Of a stretch of DNA of 64,000 nt, positions 1 to 8,924 are shown piece after piece. The notes below the pieces were generated by a model. It saw only the letters and a list, made by a program, of their open reading frames with translations. It did not search any database and had not been told where the DNA came from. The stretch is from Myxococcota bacterium (lineage in GTDB: Bacteria > Myxococcota_A > UBA796 > GCA-2862545). Both the position numbers and the translations under genes were made by a program. The stretch is from the NCBI GenBank assembly GCA_039208735.1, contig JBCCQY010000042.1:1-64000 (forward strand), read 5' to 3'. Numbering within the stretch: position 1 is the stretch's first letter; each line of letters opens with the position of its first letter.

Positions 1-1
1 A

Positions 2-379
2 GGTCTTGGCACAGTGACCGCGGGCATCGTCGGTGTATCCAACATCATGCTGGTCAGCGTGCGCGAGCGTACCGCAGAGATTGGGCTTCGAAAGGCGATT
101 GGCGCCCGACCGAGTCAAATCCTCACCGCCATCGTGACGGAGGCCGTCTTCATCACCGCGACCGCCGGGTACTGCGGCATCGTTGCTGGGGTCGCCGTAC
201 TCGAAGTCCTACGAGCCACCGTGCCCCCCAATGATTACCTCCGCGAGCCGGAGGTTACCTTGCTTCCCGCCGTCGTCGCGGCCATTCTGTTGGTCGTGTT
301 CGGGGCGCTCGCCGGCTTGATTCCCGCGTGGCAGGCCGCCCGGGTCAACCCCGTCGACGCCCTTCGAGATGCCGCATGA
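2..379 (+). CDS. ABC transporter permease (MacB/FtsX family), 5'-truncated by window edge
   Basis: GVSNIMLVSVRERTAEIGLRKAIGA and C-terminal PAWQAARVNPVDALR are FtsX-domain signatures; frame is open back to the window start. Confidence 0.9.
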   Translation, partial: GLGTVTAGIVGVSNIMLVSVRERTAEIGLRKAIGARPSQILTAIVTEAVFITATAGYCGIVAGVAVLEVLRATVPPNDYLREPEVTLLPAVVAAILLVVFGALAGLIPAWQAARVNPVDALRDAA

Positions 380-1623
380 TTCGCGACACGCTCGTCGAAA
401 TCAGCGACGCCCTTGTGGCGAACCCTATCCGGGCGCTCCTCACGATGGCCGGGGTGTTCTGGGGCACCCTCATCTTGATCGCGATGTTGGGCTTTGCCGA
501 GGGCATCGAGCAAGCGACCATCAAGACGATGCGCGGCAGCGTGACCAATGCCGTGTTCGTCTGGGGCGGGCGCACCCGGTTGCCGTACCGCGGTCGGAGA
601 CCAGGCCGCCGGGTCAAGTACGCGCTCTCGGACATCCCCGTGTTGACGGCTATCGAAGGGGTCAAACACCTCTCTCCGCGCAGCCAATTGGGCGGGTATC
701 GAGACGGCATTGCCGTGACGCGGGGAACCGAGGTGGGGGCCTTTCAAATCACAGGGGACGTCCCAAACTTTCGCCATGTACAAGCCGTGGAATGGGACGC
801 CGGACGGTTCATCAATGACCTCGACGTGGCCGACCGACGCAAGGTCGCGGTCATCGGGGACCAGGTCTACCGGCAACTGTGGCCCGATGGAGGCGACCCC
901 ATCGGGCAAACCATCGCCATTCAGGGCATCCACTTCCAGGTGATCGGCCACTTCCACTCCGCCACCGGCGACGATCGGGGTGACCGCGACGAGCAGACCA
1001 TCCATGTGCCGCTATCGACCTATCTTTCTGCCTTTCGGCAAGGTGATGTGGTCGAGTGGTGGGCGTTCATCGTCGAAGACGGCTTTTCGAGCGAAGCCGT
1101 CGAGGTCGAGGTGAAGAAGGCCTTAGCGGAGCGCCACGATGTACATCCCAAGGACGCAGTAGCGTTGGGCTCCTACAATGCCGAAAAGGAATACCGACGC
1201 ATCCAAAGCCTCTTTTTGGGCATTCGTGGGCTGACCTGGCTCGTGGGCATCGCGACCCTGCTGTCCGGGGCCATTGGCGTGAGCAACGTGCTGCTCATCG
1301 TGGTCCGAGAACGAACTCCGGAGATTGGCGTACGGCGGGCGATTGGCGCTACCCCGAGCGCCATCGTGTTCATGATCGCCCTTGAAGCCCTCGTCATGAC
1401 AAGCATGGCGGGTATGGCGGGCATCGTCATGGGCACCCTTCTGCTTGAGGCCGCCGCGGTTGCGATCGGTCCTGACAACCTCTCTATGGGGCAACCCTAC
1501 ATTCACTGGAGCGCGACGGTGGGCACCGCTGCCTTACTGGGATTCGCCGGCCTGGTAGCGGGCTATCTTCCTGCCCGCCGGGCGGTGGCTATCGAACCCG
1601 TCGACGCGCTGCGGTCGGAGTAA
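376..1623 (+). CDS. ABC transporter permease (MacB/FtsX family)
   Basis: ATG at 376 overlaps upstream stop (ATGA); N-terminal TM, periplasmic domain (GRFINDLD..RRKVAVIG), VRERTPEIGVRRAIGA, PARRAVAIEPVDALR. Confidence 0.92.
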   Translation: MIRDTLVEISDALVANPIRALLTMAGVFWGTLILIAMLGFAEGIEQATIKTMRGSVTNAVFVWGGRTRLPYRGRRPGRRVKYALSDIPVLTAIEGVKHLSPRSQLGGYRDGIAVTRGTEVGAFQITGDVPNFRHVQAVEWDAGRFINDLDVADRRKVAVIGDQVYRQLWPDGGDPIGQTIAIQGIHFQVIGHFHSATGDDRGDRDEQTIHVPLSTYLSAFRQGDVVEWWAFIVEDGFSSEAVEVEVKKALAERHDVHPKDAVALGSYNAEKEYRRIQSLFLGIRGLTWLVGIATLLSGAIGVSNVLLIVVRERTPEIGVRRAIGATPSAIVFMIALEALVMTSMAGMAGIVMGTLLLEAAAVAIGPDNLSMGQPYIHWSATVGTAALLGFAGLVAGYLPARRAVAIEPVDALRSE

Positions 1624-1627
1624 CGCC

Positions 1628-2704
1628 ATGAACCGAACCACCATCATGGGCGGCGCAGCCGCCGTCGCGGTGCTCTTTGTCCTGACCCTAGGCTTCCTGG
1701 TGGCCAGGTCCCAACCCCCTACCGAAGACATCGAAACCATCTCGCCCAAAGTCACCGACATTGTGGTGAAGACGGTCGCCACGGGTGCGGTGGTGCCGCG
1801 GGTCGAGGTCGATATCAAAAGCCGCGTGTCCGGTGTGCTGTCGGACCTCTACGTCGAACCTGGTGAACTGGTCGAAGCGGGGCATCTCATTGCCGAGATT
1901 CGCATCATTCCGGACTCGGCAAGCCTCAACAACGCCCAAACAAACCTTCGAACAAGTCGGATCGAACTCGACAATGCGCGCCGTGATCTCGATCGCGCCC
2001 GTTCGTTGTATGACAAGTCCGCGATGTCGACGGCCGAACTGCAGAGTATCGAGCGTGACTTCCAGCTCGCAGAACAGTCGTTTTCTGCCTCGGTCGCCAA
2101 CCTCCAGATCGTCAAAGAAGGTGCCACTCGAGGCAGCGGCAACGTAAGCACCGAAGTGCGGAGCACGGTGGATGGCATGGTGCTGGCCACCGACGTCGAG
2201 GAAGGCCAGTCGGTCACCGAGACGTCGACGTTTTCGGAAGGCACCACCATCGCGACCGTCGCTGACATGCGCGACATCGTGTTCGAGGGCAACATTGATG
2301 AGTCCGAGGTCGGTCGACTCCGCGAAGGGATGGCGCTGAAGATCACGGTGGGCGCCCTCGACAACCAGACCATTCCCGGAACGCTTGAATACATCAGTCC
2401 CAAAGGGGTCATCGTGGATGGAACGGTGCAGTTCGCCATTCGAGCCGCGATTCAGGCCCCTGAAGAGCTGTTCATTCGTGCAGGCTCCTCCGCCAACGCG
2501 GACATTGTGCTCGATCGCCGTAAGCAGGTGCTCGCCATCGATGAGCGCGCCCTGCAGTTCGACGACGACCAGATCTTCGTTGAGATCGAGACCAGCACCA
2601 ACCGGTATGAGCGGCGACAGGTTGAAGTGGGCCTGTCGGACGGGCTGAAAATCGAGGTCTTGAAGGGCCTTTCGGGAGACGAAGTCGTTAAGGTGGCCGG
2701 CTAG
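1628..2704 (+). CDS. Efflux periplasmic adaptor subunit (MacA/HlyD-like membrane fusion protein)
   Basis: N-terminal anchor, lipoyl-like halves (IKSRVSGVLSDLYVEPGELVEAG; VRSTVDGMVL) around a coiled-coil hairpin, C-terminal VEVGLSDG..IEVLKGL; follows two permeases. Confidence 0.9.
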   Translation: MNRTTIMGGAAAVAVLFVLTLGFLVARSQPPTEDIETISPKVTDIVVKTVATGAVVPRVEVDIKSRVSGVLSDLYVEPGELVEAGHLIAEIRIIPDSASLNNAQTNLRTSRIELDNARRDLDRARSLYDKSAMSTAELQSIERDFQLAEQSFSASVANLQIVKEGATRGSGNVSTEVRSTVDGMVLATDVEEGQSVTETSTFSEGTTIATVADMRDIVFEGNIDESEVGRLREGMALKITVGALDNQTIPGTLEYISPKGVIVDGTVQFAIRAAIQAPEELFIRAGSSANADIVLDRRKQVLAIDERALQFDDDQIFVEIETSTNRYERRQVEVGLSDGLKIEVLKGLSGDEVVKVAG

Positions 2705-2707
2705 GGG

Positions 2708-3466
2708 CTACCCCGCAAACGGCGCTGTCGCGAGGGTCAGCAACTGCCTTAGAAGCACAAGCGCTTCGCGAAGGCCCTCTTCGAGAGGGGAGCCAGGGAC
2801 CGCGGGAGCTCGAAGCACCGCAGTGCGCTGTTTCGCCCGGGCATCGACGGGTTCACCGAACACGATCGCGATCACCGCTGGATCCTCGGTCTCACCATTT
2901 TTCCGAAGTTCGAAGTGCAAGTGGGGCCCCGTGGAGCGACCCGTGTTGCCGACCGTTCCCACCGGGTCGCCACCTTGCACCTTGTGGCCCGCCTTCACAA
3001 ACATCGTGGTCATGTGCGCATAGCGCGTGACGTAGCCGTCGGGATGCCGCACTTCGACCAGATTGCCGTAGCCACCGCCGCGACCCGCGTAAGACACCAC
3101 GCCGACCCCGGCCGACATCACCTGACGACCGGGGGCCGCCGCAATGTCAATGCCGTGATGGAACTGCACTCCCCCGTGGGAAGGGTGGGTGCGCTTGCCG
3201 TAGTGGCTGCTCACCCGACCATAGAGTGGCCACTGCCACGCGATGTCGGTGACCTTGGGCATGTCGAACTCAACGCCCGTGCCCGGCACTAGCAGATCGT
3301 AGTTCTCGTCGAAGAAGGTGTTGTCCCCTTCGACCTCATCGACCGCCGCTTCCGCCTCTGCGTTGGCGATGGCCTCACTCGGCTGAAAATCGAGCGGTTC
3401 GACCGCCCGCATGGCCGGCAGACCGGGGTCCTGGGCGAGAGCCGTTGCTAGCGACATCCAAACCAT
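2708..3466 (-). CDS. M23 family metallopeptidase
   Basis: HHGID (HxxxD), GYGNLV, YAHM and STGPHLHFE (HxH) motifs; ATG 3466 follows a GGAGGGAAGG RBS. Confidence 0.9.
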   Translation of the reverse strand: MVWMSLATALAQDPGLPAMRAVEPLDFQPSEAIANAEAEAAVDEVEGDNTFFDENYDLLVPGTGVEFDMPKVTDIAWQWPLYGRVSSHYGKRTHPSHGGVQFHHGIDIAAAPGRQVMSAGVGVVSYAGRGGGYGNLVEVRHPDGYVTRYAHMTTMFVKAGHKVQGGDPVGTVGNTGRSTGPHLHFELRKNGETEDPAVIAIVFGEPVDARAKQRTAVLRAPAVPGSPLEEGLREALVLLRQLLTLATAPFAG

Positions 3467-3585
3467 GGACCTTCCCTCCGTATTCACCGTATCGGCCGAG
3501 ACCGCGGGCCGTGTAGCACCCTGCGCCAGATTTCGCCGCTACTGCTCGCGTAACCATACGTCGAAAGAGTCATCCTGGAGGGATC

Positions 3586-3870
3586 ATGGCCAAAGCCACA
3601 TGGAACGGCGTTGTCATCGCTGAATCCGACCAAACCGAAATGGTGGAGGGCAATCACTACTTCCCGCGCGCCTCCATCAAGACGGAGTTGTTCACGCCGA
3701 CCGAGCACACGAGCGTCTGCCCGTGGAAGGGCACGGCGACGTACTTCACGATCGAAGTCGACGGAAAGAAGAACGAAAACGCCGCCTGGACCTACGAATC
3801 ACCGAAGTCCGCGGCGGCGAATATCAAAGATCATGTCGCCTTTTGGAAAGGCGTCGAAGTCACCGCTTAG
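3586..3870 (+). CDS. DUF427 domain-containing protein
   Basis: WNGVVIAES, VEGNHYFP, CPWKGTATY, NAAWTY, HVAFW motifs; GGAGG RBS. Confidence 0.9.
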   Translation: MAKATWNGVVIAESDQTEMVEGNHYFPRASIKTELFTPTEHTSVCPWKGTATYFTIEVDGKKNENAAWTYESPKSAAANIKDHVAFWKGVEVTA

Positions 3871-5798
3871 GAACAGCGAAGCCGGCCACCTCGGACCACA
3901 CAGCGGGTGCTGCCCCCCGTTTCGGGGACCTCGACCTGCGTGCGCATCTCAAATCGTCCGACCAGCGTGAGGTCGCATGTACCGGGAATCGAGTCGAAGT
4001 TTGCCACGGTCGACCCCCCATCGAGCGATTCGCGCAACCGGTCGCCCCTGCATGAAAGCGAGACCGCGGCGATCGGCTGGTCGGCATCCACCCGGACCTT
4101 GTACTTGACGCGCCCCTGGTCGCCGTTTGAGGATGGCAGCTCGAACGGCCCGCACTGGTTGCGCACGAGGTTCGTGACGAACGCAATCTCCGCGTCCTCA
4201 GGCAGCTGTGCCGCACGACGAGCGTAGGTCCGAAGGGTGTCGCCGCAGGGGTTATTGCCGAGCGCCTGTGCGGTCAGCATGTCGGTCCAGGCCATCAACG
4301 CCAATCCCTTGTCGACGTTGTGGGAACTGGAGTCCAGCATCCGCCCCACGGTCGTTTTGAAGCTTCGTCGTTCGGGCTCCCCCGTCTCGGCGTTGCGGTA
4401 CTTGATTTCGAGACGAATGACGTCGTTGCGTTGAGGCGCTCCTCGCATCCGCAGTTCCTGCAGGAACAACTGACTGGTGCCGGCGTAGTAGTTGAGCGGC
4501 TGAATGTCTTCGGCCCGGGTGGAGGCTTCTTCCCCGTAAAACCGCTCCATCGCGAGGCTGTCAGGGAGGTGCAATGCGAACTGCACATCGTGGGCGATGG
4601 TCTGGGTAAGCGAGGCGAATCCAGCCGAGCCAAAGAGCCGGTCGACCACGGCTTCGGAGCCCAGGTACACGTAGGCCCCCTTGCCCTTCTCCGTGAGGCG
4701 GTCGAGCACATCGTCGTTGAAGTCCCGCCCCACGCCAACGCCTGTGATGCGAATCCCGTCACGTTCAAACGATCGACCCACTTCGGTCACCGTGGCCGGA
4801 TTGACATCGCCGGTGTTGAGAAGCGCATCGGTAAGCACCATGACGCGCCGGTTGCGGCGGGCATTGGACCGATGCTCCTTCGCAACCCGATAGGCTTCTT
4901 GTAGACCTGCATTGAGGTCGGTGGACCCCGCAGGCTCGATGGCGGTGATCATGCGGGTCAACAACCCTTCTGGGTCACGCCCCACCACGAAGTTCTCGAG
5001 CGGCGTACACGGCTGATGGTCGAAGACGACGAGGTCGATGCGGTCTCCCTCGACCAGCTGATCCCGCATGCGGAGCAATCCACGCCGCAGGAAGGCCATA
5101 CGACCATCGGCGGCCATCGAGCCCGACCGATCGACGAGCAACGTCAAATCGAGGGGTCGCCGAGCCGGGGTCGCGCCCTTCACCGCGAGGGCCACGGTGA
5201 GGGTCTCGCCGTCGGCCCGCCCGCTCGCCAACACGTCGAACCGCCGTTCGGGATCGGGGGTCACCGTGTCGAAGCTGAAGTAGTTCAGCAACTCATGTGG
5301 ACGAATCTCGGAAAATGAGGGCGTCCGACCGTTCATGGCTTGGTAGAGCACCCGCTGGGCCGAGGCGAGGCTCATCGAATCATCGTTCGAAAGGTAGATG
5401 GTTGCGCCCCAATCGAGACTTGTGGCCCGGGGCTGACTCTGGTCGGCGACGTCGTCACGGTCCAGCCGACCCAGCGACTCCTTCATCGGCTCGGCTTCGG
5501 CTTCCTGAACCGATTCGTCGGCCTCATCAGCCCCGTCTCGACTCCGTTTCTCCTGGGGAGGGGGCGGTGAAGGGGACAGCGCTCCACTCTTGGGCTTGGC
5601 CTTTCCCCCTCCGGCACGTGACCCTCGACCGTTGCGCAGGCCTGAAACGGCCTGAAGATCATCGGCCGGGCGCTCAAAACACTGCTCACGGACCACGAGT
5701 TTGTCGGTGACGCCGCGGGCGGACTGGGCGGGCGGGGCGATGAACGCGGCCAAGCCCGCGAGGGCCAGTCCCGTGGCGACAATGAGGGTCCTCGGCAT
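3867..5798 (-). CDS. Secreted VWA-domain protein (YfbK-like)
   Basis: Signal peptide after GGAGGATAC-ATG at 5798; MIDAS DRSGSM, GSTDL, LTDA; IRPHELLNYF resembles YfbK-type N-terminal region. Confidence 0.8.
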   Translation of the reverse strand: MPRTLIVATGLALAGLAAFIAPPAQSARGVTDKLVVREQCFERPADDLQAVSGLRNGRGSRAGGGKAKPKSGALSPSPPPPQEKRSRDGADEADESVQEAEAEPMKESLGRLDRDDVADQSQPRATSLDWGATIYLSNDDSMSLASAQRVLYQAMNGRTPSFSEIRPHELLNYFSFDTVTPDPERRFDVLASGRADGETLTVALAVKGATPARRPLDLTLLVDRSGSMAADGRMAFLRRGLLRMRDQLVEGDRIDLVVFDHQPCTPLENFVVGRDPEGLLTRMITAIEPAGSTDLNAGLQEAYRVAKEHRSNARRNRRVMVLTDALLNTGDVNPATVTEVGRSFERDGIRITGVGVGRDFNDDVLDRLTEKGKGAYVYLGSEAVVDRLFGSAGFASLTQTIAHDVQFALHLPDSLAMERFYGEEASTRAEDIQPLNYYAGTSQLFLQELRMRGAPQRNDVIRLEIKYRNAETGEPERRSFKTTVGRMLDSSSHNVDKGLALMAWTDMLTAQALGNNPCGDTLRTYARRAAQLPEDAEIAFVTNLVRNQCGPFELPSSNGDQGRVKYKVRVDADQPIAAVSLSCRGDRLRESLDGGSTVANFDSIPGTCDLTLVGRFEMRTQVEVPETGGSTRCVVRGGRLRCS

Positions 5799-5921
5799 GT
5801 ATCCTCCGAAACGGCGCGCGCGGACCGCGTGCGTACCCAACCAACGAGGGGAAGTCGCCGCAGCTTACACCGACCGGCGAGTGGGCGCGGAGGGCGCTAC
5901 GTTGGGCGGCGGAGAGATGTC

Positions 5922-7415
5922 ATGGTCCGACGAAGCGTTCTTGCGCTAGGTCTGCTTGCTGCGTGCTCGGGTCAGGAGGTCCAGATCTCCCTCCCCACGC
6001 CGACGATTTCAGTACTCCCTGATGCGATCGACTTTGGGGCGGTGGTTGCCCTTGACCAAGATGGCGCCAATCCGGTCAACCAGCGGGCTACCGAGACGGT
6101 GTTTCTCGAGAACACGGGTCGCGCCGACCTCGATTGGTCGTTGACGCTGGATTCGCCTGGGTTTGTGGGCCCTGAGGTTCGCAAAGGGCTCCTCGAGCCT
6201 GGCGATGACCTTGAGTTCGAGCTTGCCTTCGAGCCCCCGACGTTGGGACCCTTCACCGGCACGCTCACCGTGACGAGCAACGACGAGGCTCGACCGTCCA
6301 TCGAGATTCCGTTGACGGGCGAAGGCCGGGTCCCTTTCGCGCCTGACATCGCGATCAACCCCCTGATCGTCGACTTTGGTGATGTCGAACTCGGCAATGT
6401 CGCCCAGCGGGTGGTCACCATTGCCAACGAAGGAGACGCGGCCCTCACCCTCGGTACCGCCGAGCAAGGCGGAGCCGGCACCTTCCGGCTCGCCTCGGGC
6501 GACCCCTCGGGAACGGTCTTGTTGCCCAAGGCTTCCCTGCCGGTGCTCGTCGAGTTCACGGCCGTGCAACTGGGAGGGGACTCGGGCACGTGGACGGTGC
6601 GCAGCGACGATCCCGACGAGCCCGCTCTCGACGTGGTGTTCATCGCGAACGGCGGGGGAGAATACGCGTACCCCGAAGCGGTCATCACGAACTGCCCCGC
6701 CACCGCCGATGTGACTCAACCCGTCCGTTACACGCTTTCAGGGGTGAATTCCACCGATCCAGATGGCGGCGCTCTCACGTATGTGTGGAGCCTCGTCCGG
6801 CGCCCTCAGGCGGGAGACCCCAGCAACGTTCCCCTGCCCGACGACGACGTAGAAACGGAGTTGACGATCGACGCCGCGGGCATCTGGGAAGTCACGTTGG
6901 TGGTGACCAACGAAGCGGGACGGCCGAGTGTACCCGCCAAGTGTGTCATCGACGCCACCCCCATCGATGATGTGTACATCGAGCTGTCGTGGGCCGGTCC
7001 GACCTCGGACCTCGACCTGCACTTGGCCAGAGATGCCGCGCCGTTCTTCGATGTCCCGAACGACGTGAGCTACTGCAATCCGGCTCCCGATTGGGGAACC
7101 CCGGGTGACCCCACGGATGACCCTCGGTTGGCTCTCGACGATTCAGATGGACTCGGACCCGAAATCATCACGCTACCGATGGCCCCTGATGGCACCTACC
7201 TGGTGCGGGTCCATCACTTCGACGACGGCGACGACGGTGCGGTCACCGCGACCGTGGTGGTCTATGCCGACGGCGACCGCATCACCGAGACCTCTGCGGT
7301 CCTCGGCCGAAACGAGGTGTGGGAAGTCGGCCAAATCAATTGGCCCGATGCCACCTTCGGTACGTCCACCGCACCCGTCTTCGACGCGGGTGGAGAGCGG
7401 GAGTGCGACCTGTGA
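5922..7415 (+). CDS. Lipoprotein with two Ig-like (choice-of-anchor D/ASH-type) domains, a PKD-like domain and a YfaP-like C-terminal domain
   Basis: Lipobox LAAC; two repeats of DFG.V...N.G.A.L...SND/SDD; S.DPDG..LTY.W PKD motif; LSW....DLDLHL...GPE.I motif. Confidence 0.7.
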   Translation: MVRRSVLALGLLAACSGQEVQISLPTPTISVLPDAIDFGAVVALDQDGANPVNQRATETVFLENTGRADLDWSLTLDSPGFVGPEVRKGLLEPGDDLEFELAFEPPTLGPFTGTLTVTSNDEARPSIEIPLTGEGRVPFAPDIAINPLIVDFGDVELGNVAQRVVTIANEGDAALTLGTAEQGGAGTFRLASGDPSGTVLLPKASLPVLVEFTAVQLGGDSGTWTVRSDDPDEPALDVVFIANGGGEYAYPEAVITNCPATADVTQPVRYTLSGVNSTDPDGGALTYVWSLVRRPQAGDPSNVPLPDDDVETELTIDAAGIWEVTLVVTNEAGRPSVPAKCVIDATPIDDVYIELSWAGPTSDLDLHLARDAAPFFDVPNDVSYCNPAPDWGTPGDPTDDPRLALDDSDGLGPEIITLPMAPDGTYLVRVHHFDDGDDGAVTATVVVYADGDRITETSAVLGRNEVWEVGQINWPDATFGTSTAPVFDAGGERECDL

Positions 7416-8878
7416 TTCTCCTTCTTTCGTTTGCGTGCACCTCGGAAGCACCACCGCTCATCACGCTTGAGCCCGAGCTGCAGGTTGCGCCTCCGATCCT
7501 CGAGTTCGGTCAGGTGGGCCTGTTGACCCCCCAGACCCGCAACCTCATCGTGAGCAATGCGGGACGGGCCGAACTGACGATCGATCTGTCGCTGACGAAC
7601 GACCAAGACGTCTTTTCGTTCGAAGCCCCGCCCAACCCATGGATCCTTGAGCGAGGAGAAGAGCAGTTCCTGCCCGTGACCTTCGCTCCCTCTACGTTCC
7701 GCCGCTACAGCGAGCAGCTCCGCTTCGACACGAACGACCCCGAACGGCCCACGGTGTGGATCCCGCTGCGTGGCGAAGGGGCGGACCTTCCGTTCCCCGA
7801 CATTGCGATTCGTCCGCGCACGGTGGAGTTCGAGGGTCCAGGCATTCAATCCATCGAGGTGCGGAACGAGGGCGAGGAGGCCCTGCTCATCTCGGACCTT
7901 CGACTCGAGGGCGACCCCGCGTTTTCGCTGGCCACGGACCCGCTCGATGGAGCCGACACGTGGCCCATCGCCCCTGGGTCGTCTTCCACCCTTCTCATCG
8001 ATTACGCCCCGCCCGACGAAGAAGGGGAAATCGCTGACCTCTTCCTGACCAGCAACGACCCTGACGAAAGCCCGCTCCAGGTTCGGCTCGTGGGCAACGG
8101 CGGCGATGACTTCGGTCGACCAGTAGCGGTGATCGATTGCCCGGGTTCGGTGGGACTTGCCGGTCCGCGAACCATCGCCATCGACGGTTCTGAGTCCTTC
8201 GATCCAGGTGGGTTTGAACCGTTGCGCTACCAATGGTCGATCGTCCAGCGGCCGAGCGGTTCCGACGTGGACATTCCCCTCGATCCCGACGACCAGAGCG
8301 TCGCCGACGTCTACGTCGATGTCGCCGGGGCGTGGGCGGTTGAACTCGTGGTGTTCAACGAACTCGACACGGCGAGCGAACCCGCGCTTTGCGCGTTTGG
8401 GGCCGCCCCCGATGACGCCCTTTACGTCGAGCTTTCGTGGAACACTCCCAATGCTGACATGGATCTGCACCTCATCGAAGGCACCGCCACCGACATCTTC
8501 CAGGTTCCGGAAGACTGCAATTGGTGCAATCCCGCCCCCAACTGGGGGGCCGGCGGCTCCGCGGATGACCCTCGGCTCGACATCGACGACCTGGCCGGGT
8601 TTGGTCCCGAGAACATCAACATCTTCGACCCCCGGCCCGGCGTCTACCAGGTGAAGGTCCACCACTTTCGGCGCAACGGCGACACGGGGCCGGTCAACGC
8701 CTCCATCCGCGTGTGGATCGATGGCATCGAGCAGACCACGATGCCGTTGTCGAACCTCATGGAGCACAACGAAGTGTGGGACGTGGGCACGATCGACATG
8801 ACCTACCGGATGTGGTTCCCCGGGGCCACGGCCAACCGCGATCTTCCAGTCAGCCCTGCGGATTGCTTCACGCCCTGA
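7412..8878 (+). CDS. Paralogue of the preceding Ig-like/PKD/YfaP-like lipoprotein
   Basis: GTG at 7412 overlaps upstream stop (GTGA); short lipoprotein-like leader (LSFAC); same domain order with shared motifs (CNPAP.WG, DDPRL..DD, V.VHHF, NEVW.VG.I). Confidence 0.7.
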   Translation: MILLLSFACTSEAPPLITLEPELQVAPPILEFGQVGLLTPQTRNLIVSNAGRAELTIDLSLTNDQDVFSFEAPPNPWILERGEEQFLPVTFAPSTFRRYSEQLRFDTNDPERPTVWIPLRGEGADLPFPDIAIRPRTVEFEGPGIQSIEVRNEGEEALLISDLRLEGDPAFSLATDPLDGADTWPIAPGSSSTLLIDYAPPDEEGEIADLFLTSNDPDESPLQVRLVGNGGDDFGRPVAVIDCPGSVGLAGPRTIAIDGSESFDPGGFEPLRYQWSIVQRPSGSDVDIPLDPDDQSVADVYVDVAGAWAVELVVFNELDTASEPALCAFGAAPDDALYVELSWNTPNADMDLHLIEGTATDIFQVPEDCNWCNPAPNWGAGGSADDPRLDIDDLAGFGPENINIFDPRPGVYQVKVHHFRRNGDTGPVNASIRVWIDGIEQTTMPLSNLMEHNEVWDVGTIDMTYRMWFPGATANRDLPVSPADCFTP

Positions 8879-8924
8879 CCAAGGCCCGCGATATGACTCG
8901 CCGCAGCCACCAGGAGAATAAAGC

